From Gemmatimonadota bacterium (GTDB lineage: Bacteria; Gemmatimonadota; Gemmatimonadetes; Gemmatimonadales; GWC2-71-9): DNA of 64,000 bases. The position numbers and the translations under genes were made by a program. The notes below the pieces were generated by a model. That model searched no databases. It was not told the origin of the DNA and worked only from the letters and a program-made list of their open reading frames with translations. The stretch is taken from contig JANMXA010000095.1 in the NCBI GenBank assembly GCA_031394255.1, forward strand, positions 1,505 through 65,504. Reading direction: 5' to 3'. Shown here piece after piece: positions 29,737 through 38,593 of the stretch (within the stretch, counting starts at the first letter, position 1; each line of letters opens with the position of its first letter).

Positions 29737-29940
29737 TCAGCCTGGCCTTGGCTTGAACCGGGCCTGGAAGAACCGGAGGTACTTCGGTTCGTAGATCATC
29801 TCGAGGCCCGTCGCCGCCCGTTCCCGCGTGTCCCGGTCGGTGACCCGGAGCGGCTCGACCATCTTGATTTTCCACGGCTCGGCCCAGGATCGTCGGCCGA
29901 ACTGCTGTCCCATCGTCTGCGGTTCGAAGTGGGTCATCAC
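29737..29940 (-). pseudogene. tpl: Tyrosine phenol-lyase/tryptophanase remnant: N- and C-termini fused in frame, catalytic core deleted
   Basis: AEPWKIKMVEPL..RERA (family N-terminus) joined directly to GLEMIYEPKYLRFFQARF (family C-terminus) in 67 codons. Confidence 0.85.
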
Positions 29941-30039
29941 GGTGTCCTGGGTGCGGGCCCAAGGGAATTAGCGAGGGGACCCGTGAAGCGTTCATGGGCG
30001 GGAGGCGAAGGCCCCGCCCGAGAGCTATCCGCAGCGGCT

Positions 30040-31095
30040 CTAGTTCGGTCTCGACCCGCTGAAGATCCGCAGCACCGGGTGACCGCCGACGTTCTGCAGG
30101 GGCAGGTAGACGAGGTGAGTCGCCCCGTCGACCGACACCGTGTGGGCATGGGGGAGGTCGAGTTTCCCCTCCACCTCCAGCCGGTGGCCCCGGACCCGGT
30201 ACAGCCACAGGCCCCCGTCCTCAGTGGCGACATAGAGACGGTTCAATCCGGGGTCGAACGCGAGGACGTCGGGGTCCGCTCCCACCGGAGCGATGTCGGT
30301 GACCTCCATCGTGGCGAGGTCGACGACCTCCATCGTGGCATTGCCCTGATTGGCAACGAATAGCAGCCGGTTGGGGGCATCGATATACATCCCGTGCGGG
30401 TGGTCGCCGCCGGAGAGCGTGAAGCGGGCGACCACCGCGATCGTTGCCGGGTCGATGGCCACGATTTCGTTCGTGGTCTGGACGGCCACCAGGATACACC
30501 CGGAGCCTGGATCGTACTTGGTGTTGCCGGCCTCCCCGCCTACCGGTACGGTGGCAATCACTTTGTCAGTGACGCCGTCGATCACCAACTCCATGCCCCG
30601 CGACTCATCTGACACGAAGATCCGTTTGAGGTTTGGCGCGTCGGCGATCCCGTCGGGGAAGCCGATCGGGCCTGGCGTGGCCCGGACGGACAGGCCGGGC
30701 AAGTCGATCACGGCGACGTGATGGTGGCCGGTCACCGACGCGTAGAGTTTGTGGAGCGCCGGCACCGCCCACACGCCAGTGACCCGCGGCATGTCCGGGA
30801 TGCTGGCGATGACCCGGCGGGCCCGGGTGTCGAACGCGACGACGCGGCCGTCGTTCATGTGGGACAGGTAGAGGCGCCCGGCCTCGGAATCTGCGCTCTG
30901 GTAGTCGAACCGCACCGGTTCGCCGGGGAGGGACACGTCGGCGACGGGGCGGAGGAGTCGGGCGGCGTCAGCGGTGACGGGCTGGGCGGGCCGGGTCGCG
31001 AAGTCTTTGGCCCGGCCAATGACGGCTGTCCCGGGATGGGCAAGGGTGCACGCGGCCGTGACCAGCGACGAAACGAGCGGGCCGGGGACGATCAT
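30040..31095 (-). CDS. YncE/YVTN-type beta-propeller protein
   Basis: RFDY start motif; repeated blades (GFPDGIA, GEAGNTKYDP, HPHGMYID, DPDVLAFDP). Confidence 0.85.
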   Translation of the reverse strand: MIVPGPLVSSLVTAACTLAHPGTAVIGRAKDFATRPAQPVTADAARLLRPVADVSLPGEPVRFDYQSADSEAGRLYLSHMNDGRVVAFDTRARRVIASIPDMPRVTGVWAVPALHKLYASVTGHHHVAVIDLPGLSVRATPGPIGFPDGIADAPNLKRIFVSDESRGMELVIDGVTDKVIATVPVGGEAGNTKYDPGSGCILVAVQTTNEIVAIDPATIAVVARFTLSGGDHPHGMYIDAPNRLLFVANQGNATMEVVDLATMEVTDIAPVGADPDVLAFDPGLNRLYVATEDGGLWLYRVRGHRLEVEGKLDLPHAHTVSVDGATHLVYLPLQNVGGHPVLRIFSGSRPN

Positions 31096-31133
31096 CGGGT
31101 CCTCCTCTTTCTTCGCTGCAAGCCGGCGCCCGG

Positions 31134-34100
31134 CTAGGAGGTCCTCGCGGCGTCCTTCTTCGCCACGATCCCGCCCAGCCCTTTGCCCTGCAGCATCTTG
31201 TTGAATTGATCCAGATCCTGGTTCAGGAACCGGTCGAACGCATTCCGCGCGGCCTTTGCCTGGTCCCTGAGCAGGCCGCCCACGGCGCGCTGCGGAGCGG
31301 TCGGCGCATTGTCGGTGTTCCCCACGTCGCCAAAGAGATACACCAACTTTTCGGCGATCATCGTGGGGTACCGGATCAGGTCCTGGCCCCGCCCGGTGAT
31401 CCGGAGCTGCACCATCGGCTCCTCGAGTTCCACCACCTTCCGGTCGATCGAGTCGGTGGCTGCCTTGACTCCTTCGTCGCTGGCCGCGGCCTTGAGTGTG
31501 GCGAGCTGCGCCCGGACTAGTTCGAGCGTGTTGACCATGTCGGCCACCCCGTTCAAGTCATCGCGGATCCCGCCCGCAAACGCGGATTGGGCCATGACAT
31601 CCGCCTCGGTGCCGGTGGTGGCCGGGTCCTTGAGGACGGTGAGCGGGGCGGTGAGCGTTTGGCCCCGCACCTTGAGCGTTAGGGTGTAACGGCCCGGCGG
31701 GACCAGGAGGGAAAGCGGGCTGGCACTGGCGCTCGGCCGCCCGGCGGCGCTGACGGCGAATTCGGGCGCGAAGAGCGGCGCGGTCCGCATCGTAATCTGG
31801 GTCGAGCCGTTGGTCCGGAGGTCCCACATGGTACGGTTGATGCCGGCCTGGCCCTTGGTGGTGATGGTGCGGACTTCCTTGCCGCCCGCATCCGCGATCG
31901 CGATCACGACCGAGTCCGCTGCCGCCTTGAGGTAGTAGTTGAGCGCGGCGCCATACGCCGGGTTCTGGCCGACGACGGGGTCGTAGCTCACCGCCATCGG
32001 GGCCTCGGCGTTCCGGAACCGGTAGGCCGAGCGGGGCGTGAACAGGTGGACGTCCCTGGCCGCGATGTCCGGGGTGAGTTGCTGGAGCGGCGTGATGTCG
32101 TCCAGGATCCAGAAACCCCGGCCGTAGGTCGCCACCACCAGGTCGTTGAAGTGTTCCTGGACCGTGATGCCGTAGACCGGCGCATGCGGCATGTTGCTCT
32201 GGAGCGGTTGCCAGCTCTCGCCGTCGTTGAGCGACACCATGAGGCCATTTTCGAGCCCGAGGTACAGCAGGCCCTTCCGGACCGGATCTTCCTTGATCCA
32301 GTGGGCGTAGCTGAGCGGATTCCTGGCGATTCCGCCGGTGATCAGCTTCCAGGTCCGGCCCAGGTCGGTCGTCTTGTAGACCCAGGGGTCGCGGCTGTTC
32401 ACCTGGTGGCCGTCCACCGTGAGATAGGCGGTGTTCGCGTCATAGCGCGATGGCTCGATATTGCTGATCGTGCCCCAGTCGAGCAGGCCCGGGATGTTGG
32501 CCGTCAGGTTGGTCCAGGTTTTCCCGCCGTCCTGGGTGAATTGCACCAGGCCATCGTTGGTGCCGACCCAGATCAGCCCCGCCTTGAGTCGCGATTCCGC
32601 GATCGCAAACACCACGCCGGCGTATTCCACGCCGACGTTGTCCGGCGTAAGCCCGCCGTTGCTTCCCTGGCGGCTCTTGTCGTTCCGGGTCAGGTCGGGA
32701 CTCATCTCGGTCCAGGTTTTCCCGTCGTCCCGCGTCACGTGGACGTACTGGCTCCCGACGTAGACGGTGTGCCGGTCGTGGGGCGAGATCGTGAGCGGGA
32801 AGGTCCACTGGAACCGGTACTTGAGGTCGGCCGCGCCGTGTCCCGTGGTGGCTTCCGGCCAGACTTCAACCGGTTCGGTGATCCCGGTCCGGACGTCATA
32901 GCGGGTCACGATCCCGCCCACGCTCCCGAACCCAGAGGAACTGGACCACACGATGTTGGGATCCTCGGGATCCGGTGTCGCCCAGCCGCTCTCGCCGCCG
33001 CCAACCGAATGCCAGAAGCCACGGGTGATCTCCCCGGTCCGGCTGTTGCTCGGCCCCCGGGCCGACGGGCCGTCCTGGCGGTTGCCGTAGACGAAGTAGG
33101 GGACCCGGTTGTCGACCGTGACGTGATAGATCTGGGCCACCGGCAGCTGGATCTGGTTCCAGCTCTTGCCCCGGTTGGTGGTGATCGAGACGCCGCCGTC
33201 GTGGGCCACCACCATCCGGTTCCCGTTGGTCGGGTCGATCCAGATGTCATGATGGTCGCCGCCGGCGGTTTCGGTTATGGGCGGGTCGATGATGGTCACC
33301 CCGCCGTCCAGCGTCTTGGCCCAGCTCGCGGTGAGGAAGTACGCCTCGTTCTCGTTGTCCGGCGTCACGATCATCCGGGTGTAATACTGGGTCCGGCCCG
33401 CCAGCTGCCGGTCGTAGCTCACGGTCTTCCAGGTCGCCCCCGCATCGTCCGAGCGCCACAGCTCACCCGCCTCGGCCTCGACGCCAGGCAGCGGGACACC
33501 GTCACTGGTTTCGATCAGGGCGTAGACCCGGTTCGGGTTGGACTTGGCAATCGCCACGTCGGCCTTGCCGAACGGCTTCGTGGGCAGGCCATTGCCGCTC
33601 AAGCGCTTCCAGGTCGTTCCGCCGTCGGTGCTCTTCCAGATCCCGCTGCCCGGTCCGCCGCTCTTCCGGCCCCAGGTGTGGATCTCGATTTGCCAGGTGG
33701 TGGCGTAGAGGATTCGCGGGTTGTTGAGGTCCATCTCGACATCATAGGCGCCGGTGTTCTCGTCCACGAACAGGACCCGCTCCCAGGTCTTGCCGCCGTC
33801 GGTCGTGCGGTAGACGCCTCGTTCCGGCTGCGGTCCGTAGGCGTGGCCTAACGCCGCCACGAAGACCACGTCCGGATTCCGGGGGTCGATCGCGATCCGG
33901 CCGATCCGCCCGGTGTTCTCGAGTCCCATCTTGTTCCAGGTCTTGCCGGCGTCGGTGGATTTGAACACGCCCCAGCCGACCGAGATGTTGCTCCTGATGT
34001 AGGGCTCGCCGGTGCCGGCCCAGACCACGTTCGGGTCCGACGGGGCCACGGCCACGGCGCCGACGGAGGAGACCGGCTGGTCGTCGAAGATCGGCTGCCA

Positions 34101-34361
34101 GTGGACCCCGCCATCGGTGGTCTTGAACATCCCGCCGGAGGCGGCGCCCGCGTAGTACACGTTGGGATCGCCCACAACGCCGGCCACCGTGGAGATCCGG
34201 TTCCCCTCGGGGCCGATGTAGCGGTATTTGAGTTGGGCCAGTTGCTCGGATCCCACCAGCGGCTGAGGCGGAGTGGCGATCGCTGCCGGTCGGCGCTGTG
34301 CGGACGCGCCGGACGCGCCGGCCACGAGGCCAAGCAGGGCAAGATGGATGGTACGATTCAT
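31134..34361 (-). CDS. VPS10/sortilin-like BNR-repeat glycosyl hydrolase-like protein, secreted
   Basis: Many Asp-box repeats (KTTDGGVHW, KSTDAGKTW, RTTDGGKTW, RSDDAGATW); YRYIGPEGNR; VATYGRGFWILDD. Confidence 0.92.
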   Translation of the reverse strand: MNRTIHLALLGLVAGASGASAQRRPAAIATPPQPLVGSEQLAQLKYRYIGPEGNRISTVAGVVGDPNVYYAGAASGGMFKTTDGGVHWQPIFDDQPVSSVGAVAVAPSDPNVVWAGTGEPYIRSNISVGWGVFKSTDAGKTWNKMGLENTGRIGRIAIDPRNPDVVFVAALGHAYGPQPERGVYRTTDGGKTWERVLFVDENTGAYDVEMDLNNPRILYATTWQIEIHTWGRKSGGPGSGIWKSTDGGTTWKRLSGNGLPTKPFGKADVAIAKSNPNRVYALIETSDGVPLPGVEAEAGELWRSDDAGATWKTVSYDRQLAGRTQYYTRMIVTPDNENEAYFLTASWAKTLDGGVTIIDPPITETAGGDHHDIWIDPTNGNRMVVAHDGGVSITTNRGKSWNQIQLPVAQIYHVTVDNRVPYFVYGNRQDGPSARGPSNSRTGEITRGFWHSVGGGESGWATPDPEDPNIVWSSSSGFGSVGGIVTRYDVRTGITEPVEVWPEATTGHGAADLKYRFQWTFPLTISPHDRHTVYVGSQYVHVTRDDGKTWTEMSPDLTRNDKSRQGSNGGLTPDNVGVEYAGVVFAIAESRLKAGLIWVGTNDGLVQFTQDGGKTWTNLTANIPGLLDWGTISNIEPSRYDANTAYLTVDGHQVNSRDPWVYKTTDLGRTWKLITGGIARNPLSYAHWIKEDPVRKGLLYLGLENGLMVSLNDGESWQPLQSNMPHAPVYGITVQEHFNDLVVATYGRGFWILDDITPLQQLTPDIAARDVHLFTPRSAYRFRNAEAPMAVSYDPVVGQNPAYGAALNYYLKAAADSVVIAIADAGGKEVRTITTKGQAGINRTMWDLRTNGSTQITMRTAPLFAPEFAVSAAGRPSASASPLSLLVPPGRYTLTLKVRGQTLTAPLTVLKDPATTGTEADVMAQSAFAGGIRDDLNGVADMVNTLELVRAQLATLKAAASDEGVKAATDSIDRKVVELEEPMVQLRITGRGQDLIRYPTMIAEKLVYLFGDVGNTDNAPTAPQRAVGGLLRDQAKAARNAFDRFLNQDLDQFNKMLQGKGLGGIVAKKDAARTS

Positions 34362-34436
34362 GAGGACCCCGGAAAGGTTGGACGGCCAGTTTCCAATCTA
34401 GCGGTCGATCGCCCCGCCGGAACGGGTGTGACCGGT

Positions 34437-35417
34437 TCAGGTGTCGAGATACCTCGCCGGAGCGACCCCCACGTCGGCGCAAAGCCGGTGAAACGCCGCC
34501 ACCCGCTCCGACTCGACCTCGGTATGGAACTGCAGAAAGAACGGCCGGTGGCCCCAGTCGAACGGTTCCTGGGCCTTGCCATGGATGTAGTAGAGCAGCG
34601 CCGCAAAGTGGACCGCAATTTCCCCGGCCCGGACGAGCGTTCCCCGGAACAGCGCGTCGATCACGGGGGGTGGGTGGAAGCCCTCCACCAGGTCGAGCGC
34701 CTCGGTGAGCCCGCCGTAGAATTGTTCCACTCGAATTGCCTCGACCAGTGCGTCCGTCCGTTCCTGGTCGTTCACCAGATCAGGTGCCCGGCTGAGTACC
34801 GCCATGCGGATCTCGATCTTGCCATGGTCAAAGGCCTGCCGAAGCGCCTTCCTCGCTCGCGGGGTGCCGAGTGCCACGAGTGCTTCGATGTCCCGCCAGT
34901 TCTGCGCCCCCTGGCCCAGGACGATCCGCTCGATCGAGGCCCGTTCCTCATTCGTGGCGGACTCGATCGCCTCGAGATCGTACCCGATCCCGTCGTGCCA
35001 CTTCTCGTAGTCCAACACCATACTCGCCTGGAACCGGTCCACCGCGCCCGACGGGTTCGGGGCCGGCCGCGGCTGGGGAGCGTCGGCCGAGGCCCGGATC
35101 GCATCCATGCCGGGATCGGACGGCGGCGGGGGCGGTGGGTTCAGGACGAAGAAGAATCCCTGGGCATCGGTGAAGCCGGTCTCCCGGTTCCAGTTGGGCC
35201 ACCGCCTGAACACCAGGCCGTCCTTCGCATCGGCTGCTCGGGTGCTGATCGGCGCCTTGAGCCGGGCCAGGCCGCCGACCGGTGGCGCCGGGAACCCGGC
35301 CCCTGCCTCGATGATCTCGTTGCCGGCCGCGAGTTCCGCCGTCAGCAGCGCCCTGAGCGGGGCGGGGAATCGCTCCAACTCGGCAGTGAAGCGATCCGGC
35401 CAGGCAGGTTCATTCAT
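34437..35417 (-). CDS. Hypothetical two-domain protein (C-terminal HEAT-like helical region)
   Basis: 326-codon ORF with typical codon usage, starts 14 nt after upstream stop; poly-Pro linker between two globular-looking parts. Confidence 0.75.
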   Translation of the reverse strand: MNEPAWPDRFTAELERFPAPLRALLTAELAAGNEIIEAGAGFPAPPVGGLARLKAPISTRAADAKDGLVFRRWPNWNRETGFTDAQGFFFVLNPPPPPPSDPGMDAIRASADAPQPRPAPNPSGAVDRFQASMVLDYEKWHDGIGYDLEAIESATNEERASIERIVLGQGAQNWRDIEALVALGTPRARKALRQAFDHGKIEIRMAVLSRAPDLVNDQERTDALVEAIRVEQFYGGLTEALDLVEGFHPPPVIDALFRGTLVRAGEIAVHFAALLYYIHGKAQEPFDWGHRPFFLQFHTEVESERVAAFHRLCADVGVAPARYLDT

Positions 35418-35431
35418 CGAGGGGGTGTTCC

Positions 35432-37651
35432 CTACAAACGTGCCAGATACGTCAGCTTCACCAGCCCGGCCCGTTCCCGCGGAGCCCACAGCCGGATCCC
35501 ATCGCCCCTGAGCTCGTTGAACACCAGGAACAGGTCGCTGCCCGGGCGGAAGGTGTAGCCGATCCGCAGGTTCATGCTGACGTCCCGCTTGAACGCGTTG
35601 TACTGGATGAGCGAGTTGGCGGCCAGCTTGGTGGACAGAGCTACCGTGAGCCGGAGCGTTCCCAGATCGGCCGTGAACCGCCCGCCGGGCAAGTTGACCC
35701 GGCTCCGGCTGACCTGGAGCCCGAAAGCGAAGTTGGGCGACGGAGCCGCCGACAGCTCGCCGCCGTAGGTGTCGATCCTCCCGCCGTAGATCCCCTGCAA
35801 GGTCACGTTGGTCCGGAGCACGATCGGCCGCCGCGCGCTGGTGCCACTGTACCAGTTGACCGACCAGGTGTCGTACCAGCCGGCCGGCACTGGGACACTG
35901 TCGGAGACTGCGAAGGCTTCCTCGAGCCGCGTCGCACCGCGGGTATACCAGCCGAAGACGTTGTCGCCCGAGTTCCACTCGGCGACGATGTTCGGTGAGG
36001 CCATCCAGTCCTGAACCGTACCGGCGGTGTTGGTGATCAACTGGCCGTACATCAACAGGTCGAGCCGCCTGAGGCCGAGCGCCTTGGGACGGGCCGTCAC
36101 CCGGATGTTCGCGTCGCTCCGCTCGATGTCGGACCGGGTGACGAACCCGAGATCGGCGCGGGCATTCCGGTCAACCAGGAGATGGGCCACCTCGGCCCCG
36201 AACCGGTCGGTCTGATACTGGGCATCGATTCGCCCCGAGAAACCCATCGGTCCCGATTTCGCGGCGGTCGTCGCGGCGTATCCCAGCACAGTCAGCGCGT
36301 GGCTGGGCCGCACCAGGAAGTCCACGCCGCCGGCGCTGTTCCAGTCGGTCCCGGACCGCTCGTCGGTGGCCATCGCCCCCAGATACCCGCCGGTGCTGAA
36401 GTCCCGTTTGAATCGCACCACGGCATGGTTCTGCCTCGGCTTCCCGAAGGCGGGGTCGGTCACCACGTTCAGGACGCCGATCGACTGCCGACCAGCCCGG
36501 CCCGTCAGCCGGAGGCCGCCGAGCAGTGGCACCGGACCGTCATCCGCCACGCCGATCCGGCGCGAGAAGAACATCAGGAACGGGGGTGGCTCGAAGGCGC
36601 TTCGGTACCCGAACTCGAATATGCCGGCGTTCTCCAGGAAGAAATCCCGTTTTTCGGGGAAGAAGAGATTGAACCGGGTCAGATTGACCTTCTGGTCGTC
36701 GACCTCCGCCTGGGCGAAATCGGTGTGCGCGGTGAGGTCGAGCACCATCCCCGGTGACACTTCGGTCTTGAGGTCGAGGCCGGTCGCCAGCCGGCCATCA
36801 TTGGAGGTCGTGGCCCCGTCGACGGTCCGGGTCCCGCCGGCGAGCAGATACGGCTTCACATCGAGGTTGGCGCCCGGGCGGGGGAGCGCCCCGATTCCGA
36901 GCAGATGTCCGGCGTTGCTCACCCGGTGGAACCCTTCGGGGTCGCGACCCCACGAGGTCCACACCGTCTCCTCGTTGGTCCGCGCCTGATAACGAACCAC
37001 GTTGAACCCCCAGATCGCCGCCGAGTCCGACGGATACCGGATCGACTGAAGGGGAATCGCAAATTCCGCGCTCCAGCCCTCCCCGGTTCGGCGGGCGGCG
37101 ACCCGCCAGACGCCTCGCCAATCGGCGTTCATCTCGCGGCCGTCGTTGCTCACCAGCGCGTCGAATTCCGCGCCGTTGGCGTTGGTGGCGAAGACGTAGG
37201 CCGAGCGTCGATCGTGAAACGGATCGAGCAGGATCGCGACCACGTCCTCGCCCTTGTAGCGGAGCCCGGGTTCGAAATCGCTGACCCGCACCACCTGATC
37301 CCGCTGGAGCACCCGGGCAATGACCTGGTCGGGGCGGGAATCCCGGGCCAGGATGCCCACGTAGATCGTCGTCCCGTCGATCGCGACCCGAACCTCGGTC
37401 GCCTCCGTCGCCGGCTGGCCCACCGCGGGTTCACGCTGCCGGAAATTGCCGGCCGTCGGGCCGGTGTGCCAGAATGATTCGGTCAGCTCCCCGTCGATCC
37501 GCACCGGCGTGCCGGGGGCAAGGCGGGTGACATTCAGGCTGGGCGGTCGGTGTTCCTGGCCGGAGAGCGGCCCCCCCGGGCCGACCAGGAGCAGGGCCGC
37601 CAGCCACCCGGCCGCGGACCGGGAGAACCTCGGGACGAACGATGGGGCCAT
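35432..37651 (-). CDS. CBM9-like/DUF5916 outer-membrane protein
   Basis: IDGELTE..W, DPFHDRRSAYVF, WSAEFAIP, DFAQAEVD, FFPEKRDFFLE, FFSRRIG; C-terminal KLTYL. Confidence 0.88.
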   Translation of the reverse strand: MAPSFVPRFSRSAAGWLAALLLVGPGGPLSGQEHRPPSLNVTRLAPGTPVRIDGELTESFWHTGPTAGNFRQREPAVGQPATEATEVRVAIDGTTIYVGILARDSRPDQVIARVLQRDQVVRVSDFEPGLRYKGEDVVAILLDPFHDRRSAYVFATNANGAEFDALVSNDGREMNADWRGVWRVAARRTGEGWSAEFAIPLQSIRYPSDSAAIWGFNVVRYQARTNEETVWTSWGRDPEGFHRVSNAGHLLGIGALPRPGANLDVKPYLLAGGTRTVDGATTSNDGRLATGLDLKTEVSPGMVLDLTAHTDFAQAEVDDQKVNLTRFNLFFPEKRDFFLENAGIFEFGYRSAFEPPPFLMFFSRRIGVADDGPVPLLGGLRLTGRAGRQSIGVLNVVTDPAFGKPRQNHAVVRFKRDFSTGGYLGAMATDERSGTDWNSAGGVDFLVRPSHALTVLGYAATTAAKSGPMGFSGRIDAQYQTDRFGAEVAHLLVDRNARADLGFVTRSDIERSDANIRVTARPKALGLRRLDLLMYGQLITNTAGTVQDWMASPNIVAEWNSGDNVFGWYTRGATRLEEAFAVSDSVPVPAGWYDTWSVNWYSGTSARRPIVLRTNVTLQGIYGGRIDTYGGELSAAPSPNFAFGLQVSRSRVNLPGGRFTADLGTLRLTVALSTKLAANSLIQYNAFKRDVSMNLRIGYTFRPGSDLFLVFNELRGDGIRLWAPRERAGLVKLTYLARL

Positions 37652-37735
37652 GCGGGGGATGTCGCCTTCGGGTTTGAGCGCCGCCATAACCTAACTCTGA
37701 GTGCGCCCCAACTGGCTGAATCAGTGGCGCGCCGA

Positions 37736-37771
37736 TTGACCCCGGACCGATGCCGAGGTACCCTCCTCGCC
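37736..37771 (+). promoter_or_regulatory. Predicted leaderless sigma70-type promoter of xth
   Basis: TTGACC(37736-41)-17 nt-TACCCT(37759-64)-7 nt-GTG; no SD sequence. Confidence 0.65.
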
Positions 37772-38542
37772 GTGAAACTCGCCACCTGGAACGTCAATTC
37801 GATTCGCGCCCGGCTCGACCGGCTGATCGCCTTCCTCGGCCGCCACCAGCCCGACGTGGTGTGCCTCCAGGAACTGAAGGTCCCCAACGAGGATTTTCCG
37901 ACCCTCGAAGTCGAGGCCGCCGGATATCAGGCGGTCTTTCACGGCCAGCGTACCTACAATGGCGTCGCGATCCTGACCCGGCTGCCCCTCACCGACGTCG
38001 AGGCGGGGCTTCCCGGCAGCGATCAGGACGATCAGGCCCGGCTCATCGCCGCCACCATCGGCGGGATCAGGGTCCTGTCAGCGTACTTCCCGAACGGACA
38101 ATCGGTCGGCAGCGACAAGTGGCTCTACAAGCTGGGCTGGATGGAGCGCCTTCGGGCCCACCTCGACGCCCGGTACCGACCGGATCAGCCGATCGCGCTC
38201 TGCGGTGATTTCAACGTGGCCCCGGAGGATCGGGACGCGGCCCGTCCTGACGAGTGGCGCGAGAGCGTGCTCTGTCATCCCGATGCCAGGGAACGCCTGG
38301 CCCGGATCGCCGCATGGGGCCTGGTGGACGGGATGCGGCTTCACGAGGCGGGGCCGGGCCCCTATTCGTGGTGGGACTACCGGATGCTGGCCTTTCCGAA
38401 AGGGAACGGACTCCGGATCGACCACGTCTATCTCACCGCGCCCCTGGCCGCCAGATGCCGGAAGGCCTGGGTCGATCGTGATGAACGGAAAGGGAAACTG
38501 CCCTCCGATCACGCCCCCGTGATGGTCGAACTCGACCCCTGA
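37772..38542 (+). CDS. xth: Exodeoxyribonuclease III
   Basis: KLATWNVNSIRAR, CLQELK, YFPNG, GDFNVA, SWWDYR, LRIDH, SDHAPV. Confidence 0.97.
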   Translation: MKLATWNVNSIRARLDRLIAFLGRHQPDVVCLQELKVPNEDFPTLEVEAAGYQAVFHGQRTYNGVAILTRLPLTDVEAGLPGSDQDDQARLIAATIGGIRVLSAYFPNGQSVGSDKWLYKLGWMERLRAHLDARYRPDQPIALCGDFNVAPEDRDAARPDEWRESVLCHPDARERLARIAAWGLVDGMRLHEAGPGPYSWWDYRMLAFPKGNGLRIDHVYLTAPLAARCRKAWVDRDERKGKLPSDHAPVMVELDP

Positions 38543-38593
38543 CCCGCCGGCCGAACCTCAGGATCCGTCCCCCCGTGCCGATAACATCCCGGC

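Noticed and set aside
29996-30019. GGGCGGG-N10-CCCGCCC hairpin after the YncE gene as a terminator
   Set aside because: Short stem with no U-tract; insufficient support.
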